Numbered from the stretch's first letter, positions 10,349 through 24,254 are shown. The stretch is 64,000 bases of DNA from an uncultured candidatus Porisulfidus sp. (GCA_965204575.1 OZ241993.1:1216001-1280000), one strand, 5' to 3'. Translations and numbers: made by a program. The notes: generated from the sequence alone by a model not told the origin.

Positions 10349-11406
10349 ACACCCGACCCGTGATGATTCTGGCCGGCGGGACCGGCGGACACGTGTTTCC
10401 GGCACTGGCGGTAGCGGAACGCTTGCGCGAACGCGGCGTGCCGGTGCAGTGGGTCGGGACCCGGGCCGGGCTGGAGGCGCGGCTCGTGCCCCAGGCGGGA
10501 TTCCCGGTCATCTGGATGCCGTTGCGGGCGCCGCGGCGACGCGGCCTGCTGGGCCTCGTCGGCGTCATGCCGCGCGTGCTGTGGGCAGTGATCCTCGGGG
10601 TGGGCCTGTTGCTGAAGCACCGTCCGGCGGTGGTTCTCGGCATGGGCGGCTACGCGTCGTCCGCGGTGGCGCTGGCGGCGCTGCTGTGCCGGGTGCCCTT
10701 GATCGTTCATGAACAGAACGCGGTGGCCGGCCTGACCAATCGCGTGTTGGCCCGCTTCGCGGCGCGTGTGCTGCTGGGCTTCTCCGACGTGCGCGGCATC
10801 CACGGCGGAACCCACCTCGGCAACCCGGTTCGGGTCTCGCTGTGCGCGCAGCCGCTGTCGCCCGAGGCCCCGATGCGGCCGCTGCGGTTGCTCGTGGTCG
10901 GCGGCAGCCAGGGCGCTGAAGTCTTCAATCTCGTGGTGCCGGAGGCCTTGCGCGTCATGCCCGAGGACTGCCGGCCCTCGGTCTGGCACCAGACCGGTTC
11001 GGATCCGGCGCCGGTCGCCCGGCGCTACCCCTCGGGGGCGCAGCCCCGGCTGGATGCGTTCATCGAGGAGATGGACCAGGCGTACGTGTGGGCCGACCTC
11101 GTGCTGGCGCGGGCCGGCGCGATGACCCTGGCGGAACTCGCGGCCAGTGCGCGCGGGGCGGTGCTGGTGCCGTACCCCCATGCCGCCGACGGGCATCAGT
11201 TCGACAACGCGAACCAATACGCCGGGGACGGCGCGGCCGAAGTCTGGGAGCAGGATGAATTCACCCCGCAGCGGTTGGCGCTTCGCCTCGCCGAACTGGC
11301 GCGGGATCGCGCCACGCTGGTTGAAATGAGCCGGGCGGCACTGCGCCGGGCTCGCCCGGATGCCGCCGGGGATGTCGCCGAATGCCTGCTGGAGTTCTGC
11401 ACGTGA
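10345..11406 (+). CDS. murG: Lipid II GlcNAc transferase
   Basis: AGGTGGHVFP, HEQN, GNPVR and GGSQG motifs. Confidence 0.96.
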   Translation: MNTRPVMILAGGTGGHVFPALAVAERLRERGVPVQWVGTRAGLEARLVPQAGFPVIWMPLRAPRRRGLLGLVGVMPRVLWAVILGVGLLLKHRPAVVLGMGGYASSAVALAALLCRVPLIVHEQNAVAGLTNRVLARFAARVLLGFSDVRGIHGGTHLGNPVRVSLCAQPLSPEAPMRPLRLLVVGGSQGAEVFNLVVPEALRVMPEDCRPSVWHQTGSDPAPVARRYPSGAQPRLDAFIEEMDQAYVWADLVLARAGAMTLAELAASARGAVLVPYPHAADGHQFDNANQYAGDGAAEVWEQDEFTPQRLALRLAELARDRATLVEMSRAALRRARPDAAGDVAECLLEFCT

Positions 11407-12827
11407 ACGCGACACGCCGCCACATGCCGATGCGGCATATCCGGCAGGTCCATTTCATCGGGATCGGCGGTGCCGGCATGAACGGCATTGCCGAAGTCCT
11501 GTGCGGCTTGGGTTACACCGTTTCCGGCAGCGACCTGAAAGAGAATGCGCAAACCCGGCGCCTGCGCGAATTGGGCGCCAAAATCCGGATCGGCCACGAG
11601 GCCGGTGTCGTTGCAGGCGCCGACGTGGTCGTCGTCTCCAGCGCGGTCCCGCCCGAAAATCCGGAATGGCAGGCCGCGCAGGCCGCGCACATTCCCGTCG
11701 TGCCGCGTGCGGCGATGCTCGGGGAACTGATGCGCTTCAGCCATGGCATCGCCGTGGCCGGCACGCACGGCAAGACCACCACCACCAGCCTGATCGCCCA
11801 CCTGCTGACCGAGGCCGGTCTCGGTCCTTCCTCCATCATCGGCGGCCGGGTCCGGCACAGCGGTTCGCACGCCACGCTGGGCGAAGGGGATTGCCTGGTC
11901 TGCGAGGCGGACGAAAGCGATGCGTCTTTCCTGCACCTCAGCCCGCTGGTCGCGGTGGTGACGAACATCGACAACGACCACCTGGTCAACTATGACGGAG
12001 ATATCGAGAAACTGGCCGAGGCGTACCACGGCTTCCTGCAGAATCTCCCGTTCTACGGATTGGCGGTGCTTTGCGCGGATGATCCGCGCCTGGCGGCCCT
12101 GCGCCCGAACCTGGGCCGGCAGGCCGTCACCTACGGGATCGAGGCCCCGGACGCGGATCTGCGCGCGACCGGGATCGAGCCGGAGGGATCCGGCAGCGTC
12201 TTCACCCTGCGGGTTGCGGATTCGGGAGAGGAACTTCGGGTCCGTCTCGCGCTGCCCGGCACCCACAACGTCTTGAATGCGCTGGCCGCGGTGGCGGTGG
12301 CACGGGACCTGGACGTCCCGCTGCAGACGGCGGCACAAGCCCTGGAAGGGTTTTCCGGGATCGCCCGGCGCTTCGAGGCGCATGGGCCGCTGCCCGGTGC
12401 CGACGACATCCCGTGGGTGGACGACTATGGGCATCACCCGACCGAAATCGAAGCGACTCTGGCGACGGCGCGGCAGGTCTACCCCGACAGAAGGCAGGTG
12501 CTGGTCTTTCAACCGCACCGTTACAGCCGCACGCGGGACCTGTTCGAACCCCTGGTCCGAACCCTGGGCGAGGCCGACGCGCTGCTCCTGCTGGACGTGC
12601 ATCCGGCGGGCGAGGCGCCGATCCCGGGCGCCGACAGCGACTCGCTGGCCCGGGCGCTGGAACACCGGGGCGCGCGGCCTGCGCGCGCTGCGGGCGGCGA
12701 GCAATTGTTCCCGGCGCTGCTGGAAATCCTGCGTCCCGGCGACGTACTGCTGACCATGGGGGCGGGCAGCATCGAGGGCTGGGCGGCGCAGCTGCCCGCG
12801 CAGTTCACCCAAAGGGAGGCGTCGTGA
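11403..12827 (+). CDS. murC: UDP-MurNAc:L-Ala ligase (start uncertain, 11403-11430)
   Basis: GIGGAGM, GTHGKTTT, EADESD, DDYGHHPTE and FQPHRYSR motifs. Confidence 0.96.
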   Translation: MNATRRHMPMRHIRQVHFIGIGGAGMNGIAEVLCGLGYTVSGSDLKENAQTRRLRELGAKIRIGHEAGVVAGADVVVVSSAVPPENPEWQAAQAAHIPVVPRAAMLGELMRFSHGIAVAGTHGKTTTTSLIAHLLTEAGLGPSSIIGGRVRHSGSHATLGEGDCLVCEADESDASFLHLSPLVAVVTNIDNDHLVNYDGDIEKLAEAYHGFLQNLPFYGLAVLCADDPRLAALRPNLGRQAVTYGIEAPDADLRATGIEPEGSGSVFTLRVADSGEELRVRLALPGTHNVLNALAAVAVARDLDVPLQTAAQALEGFSGIARRFEAHGPLPGADDIPWVDDYGHHPTEIEATLATARQVYPDRRQVLVFQPHRYSRTRDLFEPLVRTLGEADALLLLDVHPAGEAPIPGADSDSLARALEHRGARPARAAGGEQLFPALLEILRPGDVLLTMGAGSIEGWAAQLPAQFTQREAS

Positions 12828-13711
12828 TCGTGGCGGCGGAAATCGTCGGCGAGCATCGGCAGGTGCCCATGGCCGAACATACGACCTGGCGCTGCGGCGG
12901 CGCGGCGGACCGGGTGTTCGCGCCGAACAGCATCGACGATCTGAGTGCCTACCTGGCCGGGCTTGAGACGGACGTGCCCCTGACCTGGTTGGGGCGGGGC
13001 AGCAACGTGCTGGTGCGCGACGGCGGCATGCGCGGGGTGGTGATCCAGTTGCGCGAGCCGCTGTCCGATATCGTGCTGGAGCCTCCCCGGGTCCGGGCCG
13101 AGGGCGGTGCCCTGTGCGCCCGCCTGGCGACGCTCACCGCGGCGGCGGGCTTCAGTGGATTGGAATTCCTGGCCGGCATCCCCGGCACGGTCGGTGGCGC
13201 CCTGGCGATGAATGCCGGTGCGGCCGGCTCCGAGATCTGGGAGTTCGTCGAATCCGTCGAGACCGTGGATCGGCAGGGGAACCGTCATGAATTTGCATCC
13301 GAACAGATCCGGTTCGGCTACCGCTTCGCGGAGGTTCCCGCCGGGCACGGCGTCGTGGCCGGGACGTTCCGCCTCGAGCGGGCCGAAGACCCGGCGCAGC
13401 CGGAGCATCGCCTGCGCGAGCTGATGGATCGCCGCCGGGCCACCCAGCCGGTCTCGCTGCCGAGCGGCGGGTCGGTGTTCCGCAACCCTCCGGGCGCCCA
13501 TGCCGCACGGCTGATCGAGGAGGCGGGCCTCAAGGGCTGCCGGGTCGGCGGGGCCGAAGTCAGCCGGACACACGCCAACTTCATCGTTCACGAGGGAACG
13601 GCGAGCGCGGCCGACATCGAGCGGTTGATCGACCACATCCGGAAAACCGTCGAAGAATACAGCGGGGTGCGGCTGGAACTGGAAGTCCGCATCCTGGGGG
13701 AAGCCGGATGA
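12824..13711 (+). CDS. murB: UDP-N-acetylenolpyruvoylglucosamine reductase
   Basis: GRGSN, GIPGTVGG, MNAGA, GSVFRNP and HANF motifs; GTGA overlap with murC. Confidence 0.95.
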   Translation: MIVAAEIVGEHRQVPMAEHTTWRCGGAADRVFAPNSIDDLSAYLAGLETDVPLTWLGRGSNVLVRDGGMRGVVIQLREPLSDIVLEPPRVRAEGGALCARLATLTAAAGFSGLEFLAGIPGTVGGALAMNAGAAGSEIWEFVESVETVDRQGNRHEFASEQIRFGYRFAEVPAGHGVVAGTFRLERAEDPAQPEHRLRELMDRRRATQPVSLPSGGSVFRNPPGAHAARLIEEAGLKGCRVGGAEVSRTHANFIVHEGTASAADIERLIDHIRKTVEEYSGVRLELEVRILGEAG

Positions 13712-14643
13712 GCGAATACGGACGCGTTGCGGTGCTGATGGGCGGCTGGTCCGAGGAACGGCCGATTTCGCTGATTTCCGGGCAGTGTGCCTACGAGGCT
13801 CTGTGCGCGCGCGACGTCGAGGCCAGCGCGGTCGACCTGCAGCGCGAGACCCTGCCGCAACTTGTGGAACAGGGCTTCGACCGCTGTTTTCTGGCTTTGC
13901 ACGGGGTCGGCGGCGAAGACGGCGAGGTGCAGCAGGCGCTGGAAGAGATGGGATTGCCGTACAGCGGGAGCGGCCCGGAGGCTTCGCGCATTTGCATGGA
14001 CAAGCTGGAGACCAAGAAACGCTGGTGGAGGGCCGGCCTGCCGACGCCGAAGGGGGCATTGGCGGAACCGGACCGGCTGCAGGAACAGTGCGAGGAACTG
14101 GGTTTGCCGTTGGTGGTCAAGCCGGTGGACCAGGGTTCCAGCATCGGCGTGATTTTTGCGAACCGGGCCGAAGACGTGCCGCCCGCCGTTGAGGAGGCTC
14201 AGCAGCACGGGTCGAGAATCCTGCTGGAGCGCCAGGCGCAGGGCACCGAATACACGGTCGGGATCCTGGGGGATGAGGCGCTGCCGGTCATCCGCCTGTG
14301 CCCGCAGAGCGAATTTTTCGACTACCAGGCCAAGTACGAATCGGAAGACACCCGGTACGACATCCCCTGCGGTCTGCCGGAGGCGATGGAACGCGAACTG
14401 GCGGCACTGGCGTTTCGCGCCTTCGAATGCACCGGGGCGGAAGGATACGGCCGGGTGGACCTGATCCTGGATGAACTGGACCGGCCGTGGCTGCTCGAAG
14501 TGAACACCGCGCCGGGCCTGCGTCGCCACAGCCTGCTGCCGATGGCCGCCGAAGCGGCCGGGCTGGGCTACGAAGACTTGATCCTGAAGATGCTGGACAC
14601 CTCCCTTCTTCGGGCACCTGCCGGAGAGCCGGTCGATGGCTAG
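13708..14643 (+). CDS. ddlB: D-alanine--D-alanine ligase
   Basis: GGWSEER, LHGVGGEDG, GSSIG and LEVNTAPG motifs. Confidence 0.95.
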   Translation: MSEYGRVAVLMGGWSEERPISLISGQCAYEALCARDVEASAVDLQRETLPQLVEQGFDRCFLALHGVGGEDGEVQQALEEMGLPYSGSGPEASRICMDKLETKKRWWRAGLPTPKGALAEPDRLQEQCEELGLPLVVKPVDQGSSIGVIFANRAEDVPPAVEEAQQHGSRILLERQAQGTEYTVGILGDEALPVIRLCPQSEFFDYQAKYESEDTRYDIPCGLPEAMERELAALAFRAFECTGAEGYGRVDLILDELDRPWLLEVNTAPGLRRHSLLPMAAEAAGLGYEDLILKMLDTSLLRAPAGEPVDG

Positions 14644-15340
14644 GCGGGACAGCACGGGAATGATCATGCGGCTTGGGGGCGCGGCGTTGGCGCTGGCCCT
14701 GGGGGTCGGCGTCAGCGTGTGGCTGACGGATCCGGCGCATCTGCCGATCCGCCAGGTGTCCCTGCACGGGGAGCTCCGCTATCTGGACCCGATCGAACTG
14801 CAGGAAATCGTCGCCGAGGAGTTGGCGGGCAACATGCTGACCCAGGATCTGGAGGAACTGGAGCAGCGGCTTCAGCAGAATGTCTGGGTGCGGCAGGCGC
14901 GGATCCACCGCGACTGGCCGGCCACGCTCCGAATCGAGATCAGCGAACAGGTGCCGGTCGCGCGCTGGGCGACGGGCGGACTTTTGACCGCGCAGGGGGA
15001 GCGGTTCGATCTGCGCGGCGAGCCGGAGCCATCCCTACCCGAAGTCATAGGGATGCCGGGGCGCGAAGCCGCCTTGGTCCGGCACATCGACCGGATCCAG
15101 CCGCTGCTGGAGGCGCACGAAATGCGTCTGGCCCGGCTGGAAGAGACCAAGTTCCGTTCGCTGCACGTGACGTTGCGCTCGGGACTGCGCCTCACGCTGG
15201 GGCGGGTCCGACCGATCGAACGACTGGCGCGCTGGCTGCGCTACTCCGAGGCCTATGCCCGGGTTGCGCCCGCGCCGAAAACCATTATCGACCTGCGTTA
15301 CCCGAACGGGTTTTCGGCCAGGTCCTTGACTGAATCATAG
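14636..15340 (+). CDS. ftsQ: Cell division protein FtsQ
   Basis: N-terminal TM, POTRA-like WP...E, C-terminal IDLRYPNGF; position between ddl and ftsA. Confidence 0.92.
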   Translation: MARRDSTGMIMRLGGAALALALGVGVSVWLTDPAHLPIRQVSLHGELRYLDPIELQEIVAEELAGNMLTQDLEELEQRLQQNVWVRQARIHRDWPATLRIEISEQVPVARWATGGLLTAQGERFDLRGEPEPSLPEVIGMPGREAALVRHIDRIQPLLEAHEMRLARLEETKFRSLHVTLRSGLRLTLGRVRPIERLARWLRYSEAYARVAPAPKTIIDLRYPNGFSARSLTES

Positions 15341-15355
15341 CGAGGAGGAGAAATC

Positions 15356-16648
15356 ATGGATAACTCAAATTCTGCAGTCCTGCCGATGGAGCCGAAGCGT
15401 TCTGGGCTCTTTTCGCGCATGTTCTCGACCATTGCGCAGCGCCGCCCGAATCCGGGCCAGCTGGTCGCACTTGACATCGGCACATCCCGGATCGTGGTGG
15501 TCGTCGCGCATTGCGACGAGGACGGACAACTCGAGGTCCTGGGTTGCGGCACCACCGTGTCACGCGGCCTCAAGGCGGGCATGGTGGTCAACATCGAGGA
15601 GACGGTGGAGTCGATCCGCCGCGCCGTGGAGGAAGCCGAGGAGATGACGGACTGCGCGATCCGCAACGTCAACGTCGGAATCGCCGGCAGCCACATCCAC
15701 AGCATCAATGCCAGCGGCGCCATCCCGGTGCGCGAAGGCGAGATCACGGCCCCGGTCGTGGAGCGGGTGCTGGATGCGGCGAGCGCGGTGAAGCTGACCG
15801 ACGACAAGCGGATCCTGCACGTGTTGCCGCAGGAGTACGCGATCGACGACCAGTACGGAATCCGCACGCCGCTCGGCATGTCCGGGGTCCGCCTGGACGC
15901 GCGTGTGCACCTGATCACCGCCGGGGCCGGCGCGCTGCACAACCTGGTCAAGTGCGTGCGCCACTGCGGCCTGACCGTCGACCATGTGGTGCTGGAGCAG
16001 CTCGCGTCCAGCGAGTCGGTGCTGACGCCGGACGAACGCGAACTGGGCGTCTGCCTGGTCGACATCGGCGGCGGCACCTCGGACATCGCCATCTTTTACT
16101 CCGGTGCGATCCACTACACCGCGACGGTCCCGGTGGCGGGCGATCACGTCAACCGTGATATCGCCATTGCCCTGAGTACCCGGGTACAGGATGCCGAACA
16201 ACTCAAGATCGAGCACGGCTGTGCCGTCAGCGATCCGGCGCAGGACGACCAGATCCTGGAGGTGCCGGGTCTGGGCGGCCGCCCGGCCGCGCAGCTGCGC
16301 GGGTCCGTGCTGGGAGACATCATCCGTCCCCGCTACCTGGAGTTGTTCGAACTGATCAACGACGAACTGCGCCGTTCCGGCTACTACGACAAGATCGAGG
16401 GCGCCGGCCTGGTGCTGACCGGCGGCGGCGCGATGGTTCGGGGCCTGGACACGCTGGCCGAGGAGGTGTTCAACCGCCCGGTCCGTGTCGGGGGGCCGCA
16501 GCACCTGCGGTTCCGCGACGAGCGATTCAACCAACCGATGTACGCCACCGGAATCGGCTTGCTGACGTACCACGACCCGGCCAACCCGGGCCTGGGCTCG
16601 TCGGCCGTCGCCGACTCTTGGCGGCAGCGCATCTTTTCATGGATTTAA
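15356..16648 (+). CDS. ftsA: Cell division protein FtsA
   Basis: LDIGTS, DIGGGT and VLTGGG actin-fold motifs. Confidence 0.96.
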   Translation: MDNSNSAVLPMEPKRSGLFSRMFSTIAQRRPNPGQLVALDIGTSRIVVVVAHCDEDGQLEVLGCGTTVSRGLKAGMVVNIEETVESIRRAVEEAEEMTDCAIRNVNVGIAGSHIHSINASGAIPVREGEITAPVVERVLDAASAVKLTDDKRILHVLPQEYAIDDQYGIRTPLGMSGVRLDARVHLITAGAGALHNLVKCVRHCGLTVDHVVLEQLASSESVLTPDERELGVCLVDIGGGTSDIAIFYSGAIHYTATVPVAGDHVNRDIAIALSTRVQDAEQLKIEHGCAVSDPAQDDQILEVPGLGGRPAAQLRGSVLGDIIRPRYLELFELINDELRRSGYYDKIEGAGLVLTGGGAMVRGLDTLAEEVFNRPVRVGGPQHLRFRDERFNQPMYATGIGLLTYHDPANPGLGSSAVADSWRQRIFSWI

Positions 16649-16675
16649 CTTTCACAACGACCTGGAGATGGAAAA

Positions 16676-17950
16676 ATGACTTTGATTAATGGACTCGACG
16701 GGGCGACTTCGCCCGAAACCGCTGAAGAGACAGCGGAACTCACGTTTACGCCAGTCCGTCCGGACCACGAGGACGCCCGCATCAAGGTGATCGGCGTCGG
16801 CGGCGGCGGCGGCAACGCCACGCAGCGCATGGAACGCGACCTGGCGGCACACGTGGAGGTCTACTGCGTCAACACCGATGCGCAGGTTCTGCGCAACCTG
16901 AAGGTGGGAGAATCGGTGCAGATCGGCCGAGACACGACCCAGGGCCTGGGCGCCGGCGCCGACCCCGGAGTGGGGCGGCAGGCGGCCCTGGAGAGCCGGG
17001 ATTTGCTGGCCGGGCTGGTGGAGAACGTCGACATGCTGTTCATCACCGCCGGCATGGGCGGCGGGACCGGTACCGGCGCGGCCCCGGTCATCGCGGAACT
17101 GGCCCGGGAGGCGGGCGTGCTGACGGTGGCGGTGGTCACCCGGCCGTTCAGCTTCGAAGGGCAGCAGCGGTGCCGCCTGGCCGAAGAGGGGATCCAGGAA
17201 CTCGGCGCCTTCGTCGACTCGATCATCACCATTCCCAACGACCGGCTGATGAGCGAACTGGATCCGGATATCTCGCTGGAGGACGCCTTTCTCGAGGCGG
17301 ACAAGGTGCTGCACGGCGCCGTGTGCGGGATTTCCGACCTGATCCTGCGGCCGGGCACCATCAACGTCGATTTCGCCGACGTGCGGACCGTGATGAAGCA
17401 GCAGGGCATGGCCATGATGGGCACCGGCACCGCCGAAGGCCCGAACCGGGCGATCGAAGCCACGCAGCAGGCCATCAACTGCCGTCTGCTCGACGAGGTG
17501 AACATCACCGACGCTCCGGCCATGCTGGTCAACGTGACCACCGTGCGCAAGGGCGAGGGCAGCCTGAGCCTTCCCGAGTTCAACCAGATCGCACGGGAAC
17601 TCGAGCCGTTGCAGGCCGAGAACGTGCAGCTGGTCATGGGCACGACCTACGATGAGCACATGGGCGGTCAGCTCAAGGTGACCCTGGTGGTGGCCGGTTT
17701 CGGCTCGAAGGAGGAGCCGGAGGCGGAACCGGGTGTGACGCCGCTTCGGAAGATCACCGAGGCTCCGAACTCGGCCAGGGGCAAGGAGGACGGCAACGGG
17801 GCACAGCCGCCGGAGGAGAAGGCCGCTGCGATGTCGCTGGGCTTGACCGAGGGCAACCTGGCCAGGAGCCCGAAGAGCCCCGACTGGACCAAGGGGGAAG
17901 AACGGCAGAAGTTCGACATCCCGGCCTACCTGCGCAAGCAGCATGATTGA
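16676..17950 (+). CDS. ftsZ: Cell division protein FtsZ
   Basis: GVGGGGGN, GGGTGTG, INVDFAD and C-terminal DIPAYLRKQ motifs. Confidence 0.97.
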   Translation: MTLINGLDGATSPETAEETAELTFTPVRPDHEDARIKVIGVGGGGGNATQRMERDLAAHVEVYCVNTDAQVLRNLKVGESVQIGRDTTQGLGAGADPGVGRQAALESRDLLAGLVENVDMLFITAGMGGGTGTGAAPVIAELAREAGVLTVAVVTRPFSFEGQQRCRLAEEGIQELGAFVDSIITIPNDRLMSELDPDISLEDAFLEADKVLHGAVCGISDLILRPGTINVDFADVRTVMKQQGMAMMGTGTAEGPNRAIEATQQAINCRLLDEVNITDAPAMLVNVTTVRKGEGSLSLPEFNQIARELEPLQAENVQLVMGTTYDEHMGGQLKVTLVVAGFGSKEEPEAEPGVTPLRKITEAPNSARGKEDGNGAQPPEEKAAAMSLGLTEGNLARSPKSPDWTKGEERQKFDIPAYLRKQHD

Positions 17951-18129
17951 CCGGGAGCCGAAGGCCGGCTGCGGAGGCTTCCGGGAGGGTCTCCGCACGG
18001 GCTTCTCCCCCCTTTCCGGGGTGCGGGTTCGGTGGAAAAATATTTGTTTTTCTGTAATAATGCGCGTGTCCGCAAGACAGGAGTCTTGAACGCGGCGCTG
18101 CCCAGACCGAAAATCAAGCAATTCTCGAA

Positions 18130-19044
18130 ATGATTCGCCAGCACACCCTGAGGCAGAGCATTTGCGCAGAGGGCATCGGCCTGCACACGGGGGAAAAGAC
18201 ATCCCTGCGACTCGGCCCGGCTCCGGTGAACACCGGAGTGGTGCTGCGGCGGGTTGATTTTGACCCGCCGATTCGTATCCGGGTCCACCCGGACCAAGTA
18301 TCCGCCACCCGCCTGTCGACGACGCTGTCCAACGGCGATGTCCATGTCTCGACGGTCGAGCACCTGCTGTCGGCCGTGGCCGGGCTCGGGGTGGACAACC
18401 TGTACGTCGACCTGGACGCCAGCGAAGTCCCGATCATGGACGGCAGCGCAAGCCCGTTCGTGTTCCTGATCCATTCCAGCGGGCTGGTCGAACAGGACGC
18501 GCCGAAGCGCTACATCCGCATCCGCGAGCCGGTCGAGGTGCAGGACGGGAAGAACGGCCGGTGGGTGCGCCTGACGCCGCATGACGGTTTCAAGGTGGCC
18601 TTCACCATCGACTTCGACCACCCGGTGATCCGCAACACCCGGCAGTCCGCGGTGCTGGACCTTTCCAGCACTTCCTACATCAAGGAAGTGTCGCGGGCGC
18701 GTACGTTCGGGTTCCGGCACGAAGTGGAACTCCTGCGCGAGCGGAACCTGGCCCTGGGGGGCAGTCTGGACAACGCCATCGTACTGGACGACAACCGCAT
18801 CCTCAACGACAGTGGCCTGCGCTACTCCGACGAATTCGTCAAGCATAAGGTGCTCGACGCCATTGGCGACCTGTACCTGCTCGGCAACAGCCTGATCGGC
18901 TCTTTCGAGGGCTACTGCTCCGGGCACGAACTCAACATCCAGCTGCTGCGGAAGCTGCTGGCCACCGAGTCGGCCTGGGAACTCGTCAGTTTCGAAGATA
19001 CACACGAAGCCCCGGTCTGCTTCGCACAGGTCAGTCCGGCCTGA
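18130..19044 (+). CDS. lpxC: UDP-3-O-acyl-GlcNAc deacetylase
   Basis: [21 protein letters not shown] and HKVLDAIGD motifs. Confidence 0.97.
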   Translation: MIRQHTLRQSICAEGIGLHTGEKTSLRLGPAPVNTGVVLRRVDFDPPIRIRVHPDQVSATRLSTTLSNGDVHVSTVEHLLSAVAGLGVDNLYVDLDASEVPIMDGSASPFVFLIHSSGLVEQDAPKRYIRIREPVEVQDGKNGRWVRLTPHDGFKVAFTIDFDHPVIRNTRQSAVLDLSSTSYIKEVSRARTFGFRHEVELLRERNLALGGSLDNAIVLDDNRILNDSGLRYSDEFVKHKVLDAIGDLYLLGNSLIGSFEGYCSGHELNIQLLRKLLATESAWELVSFEDTHEAPVCFAQVSPA

Positions 19045-19052
19045 ACGAATTC

Positions 19053-19352
19053 CTAATCGTGACCGGCCTGGCGCGCAGCAACCTGAATCCGGAGCTGGCG
19101 CAGCGGCTGGTTCAGGCGATCCTTGAACTCTGCGTTGACGTGCTTGAGCAGTTCGCGTTGCTGGTAATGGATCAGCGGCGCCTGATGGTTGTCGTTGACC
19201 GAGACCGTCAGCGTGGTCCCCTCGATGTCGCTGCACCAGCAGCTCGAGCCCAGGGGCTCGGGGAGTTGTCGGCGCAGACTTTGGGTAATGGCCAGCTGTA
19301 GGCGGATGCGGGCCAGCAGGTGAGGATCGAGATGGTCAAGCAGCTTCTTCAT
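19053..19352 (-). CDS. dciA: DciA/DUF721 family protein (99 aa, MKKLLDHL...)
   Basis: C-terminal part of a long minus-strand ORF; KH-like pattern (GTTLTVSV...YQQRELL...LRIQV); conserved lpxC-DUF721-M23-secA synteny. Confidence 0.75.
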   Translation of the reverse strand: MKKLLDHLDPHLLARIRLQLAITQSLRRQLPEPLGSSCWCSDIEGTTLTVSVNDNHQAPLIHYQQRELLKHVNAEFKDRLNQPLRQLRIQVAARQAGHD

Positions 19353-20273
19353 CAGGCGGGGCGGTCTTCCGCCGCCATTATCCGCCAAGCCGCAGCCCCC
19401 GGCAAAGGCGCGGGCTGGCGGCGCGTCGGCCTCGGGGTCGCGGCAGCGGCCGTGCTCGTTCAGGTCGTCGCGGTGGCGTTCCATCAGGGCGCCCTGCACC
19501 GCGAACGGGCCTTGCTGGGTTCGATCGACCAGACATTGGTCGCGCACGGCACCACGCTGAGTAATATCCGCCGGGAGAGCCAGCTCCACATTGATGCCCT
19601 GTCTTCGCAATTGGCGCGGCTGCAGTCGCGCATCGCCCGTCTGGACGCGCTGGGCGGCACGCTGGTGGACATCGCGAAACTGAAAGACGGCAGGGAATTC
19701 GACTTCGGCTCGGAACCGGGATTGGGCGGGAATGTCACGGCTTCCCCGGGACTTGGGCTGACCGCGACCGACTTGGGGGCTTCCCTCGACGACCTGCACA
19801 ACCAGATCGAAGACCGGACGTTGTGGCTGAGTATCCTGGAAGACGTGATCCAGCATCGCCGCCTGGTGGGAGAGGCGTATCCCAGTGGCTGGCCGGTGCG
19901 CTCCGGCTGGGTTTCTTCGTACTACGGCATGCGCCGGGATCCATTCCACGGACGTCCCGCTTTCCATCAGGGCATTGACTTCGCCGCCAGCAAGGGCACC
20001 GAGATCCGGTCTGCGGCCGCCGGCATGGTCGAGTTTGCGGGGAACAAGGAAGGATACGGCCTGATGGTGCAGATCCGGCACGGGAACGGCTACCAGACCC
20101 GCTACGGCCACGCCAGCAAGTTGCTGGTGAAGTCCGGGCAGATGGTGAAGCGGGGTGATATCGTCGCGCATGTCGGCTCGACCGGCCGTTCGACCGCACC
20201 GCACCTGCACTTTGAAGTGCTGAAGAACGGCAAGGCTGCCAATCCTCTGAAATTCCTGTCCGCCCGTCGCTGA
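19320..20273 (+). CDS. M23 family metallopeptidase (start uncertain)
   Basis: N-terminal TM, coiled coil, HQGID, YGH and STAPHLHFEV motifs; upstream of secA. Confidence 0.9.
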   Translation: MRIEMVKQLLHQAGRSSAAIIRQAAAPGKGAGWRRVGLGVAAAAVLVQVVAVAFHQGALHRERALLGSIDQTLVAHGTTLSNIRRESQLHIDALSSQLARLQSRIARLDALGGTLVDIAKLKDGREFDFGSEPGLGGNVTASPGLGLTATDLGASLDDLHNQIEDRTLWLSILEDVIQHRRLVGEAYPSGWPVRSGWVSSYYGMRRDPFHGRPAFHQGIDFAASKGTEIRSAAAGMVEFAGNKEGYGLMVQIRHGNGYQTRYGHASKLLVKSGQMVKRGDIVAHVGSTGRSTAPHLHFEVLKNGKAANPLKFLSARR

Positions 20274-20325
20274 ACCTGCGCGGCCCGCGCTTATAATTTC
20301 GTCATCGCTTACTGGCGACTCCACC

Positions 20326-23057
<2,732 letters not shown>

Positions 23058-23061
<4 letters not shown>

Positions 23062-24251
23062 GCTGGCAGCCGGTTCCCGGAGTGCGCCTGGCGGCGACCA
23101 GCGCGGGCCTGTACGCCGGAGAGCGGCTGGACCTGGCCGCATTGGAGCTGGCGCCCGGGACGGAGTCGGCGGGCGTCTTCACGACCAACCGGTTCTGCGC
23201 GGCTCCCGTCGAGGTTGCACGCGAACACATGGAAGCCGCGTCGCCCCGGTTGCTGCTGATCAACGCGGGTTGCGCCAACGCCGGGTTGGGTGAGCAGGGA
23301 CTGGAGGATACCCGGCTGTGCTGCGAGGCGGCGGCGGGAGCGTTCGCGGTCGAGCCGCACGAGGTCCTGCCGTTCTCGACCGGAGTGATCGGGGAGAGGC
23401 TGGATGTGGGGAAGATCCAGGCGCAAATGCCGCAGCTCCAGGCGACGCTGTCCGCCGACGGTTGGCCGGAAGCGGCGCAGGCGATCCTGACCACCGACAC
23501 CCGGAGCAAGCTGGAAGGCCGCCAAGTCAAGGGTGCAGGGAAAAACCTCCATGTCACCGGCATGGCCAAGGGAGCGGGCATGATCTGCCCGGACATGGCG
23601 ACCATGCTGGCCTTCGTTGCGACCGACCTGGCGGTGGATGCCGCGGTGCTTGAGCAAGTGCTCGAACGCGCACTCGAACACTCCTTCCACGCGATTACCG
23701 TGGAAGGCGACACTTCCACCAACGACGCATGCATCCTGCTGGCCACTGGCGCCAGCGGGGTGAATCTCGCGGATCTGGAGGATTCGGAAGTGGAGGCTTG
23801 GGAGCAGGCCGTCTTCGAAGTCTGCGAAACGCTGGCCAAGGCCATCGTGCGGGATGCCGAGGGTGCGACCCGGTTCATCACGGTCGAGGTCGAGCAGGCC
23901 GTCACAGCGGAGCAGGCGCAGGCAGTGGCGCGTGCGGTGGCGCACTCACCCCTGGTCAAAACGGCGGCATTCGCCGGCGACCCCAACTGGGGAAGAATCC
24001 TGGCCGCTGTCGGCCGCAGCGTCGGGGAGTTGTCGCGCATGGACCGGGTCGGAATCCGTCTCGACGACGTGCAGGTGGTGGCAGGTGGTGCAGTGGCCGA
24101 GAACTATCGGGAGGAACAGGGTTCTGTGGTCATGGCCCGCGACGAATTCACGATCCGGGTGGATCTGGGCCTCGGCGAATCCCAAGTCCGCCTTTATACG
24201 TCCGACCTGTCCTACGACTACGTGAAGATCAACGCCGAATACCGGACCTGA
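23058..24251 (+). CDS. argJ: Bifunctional ornithine acetyltransferase/N-acetylglutamate synthase
   Basis: STGVIG, KGAGMICPDMATML, DTSTND, DPNWGR and terminal INAEYRT motifs. Confidence 0.96.
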
Positions 24252-24254
24252 TCC

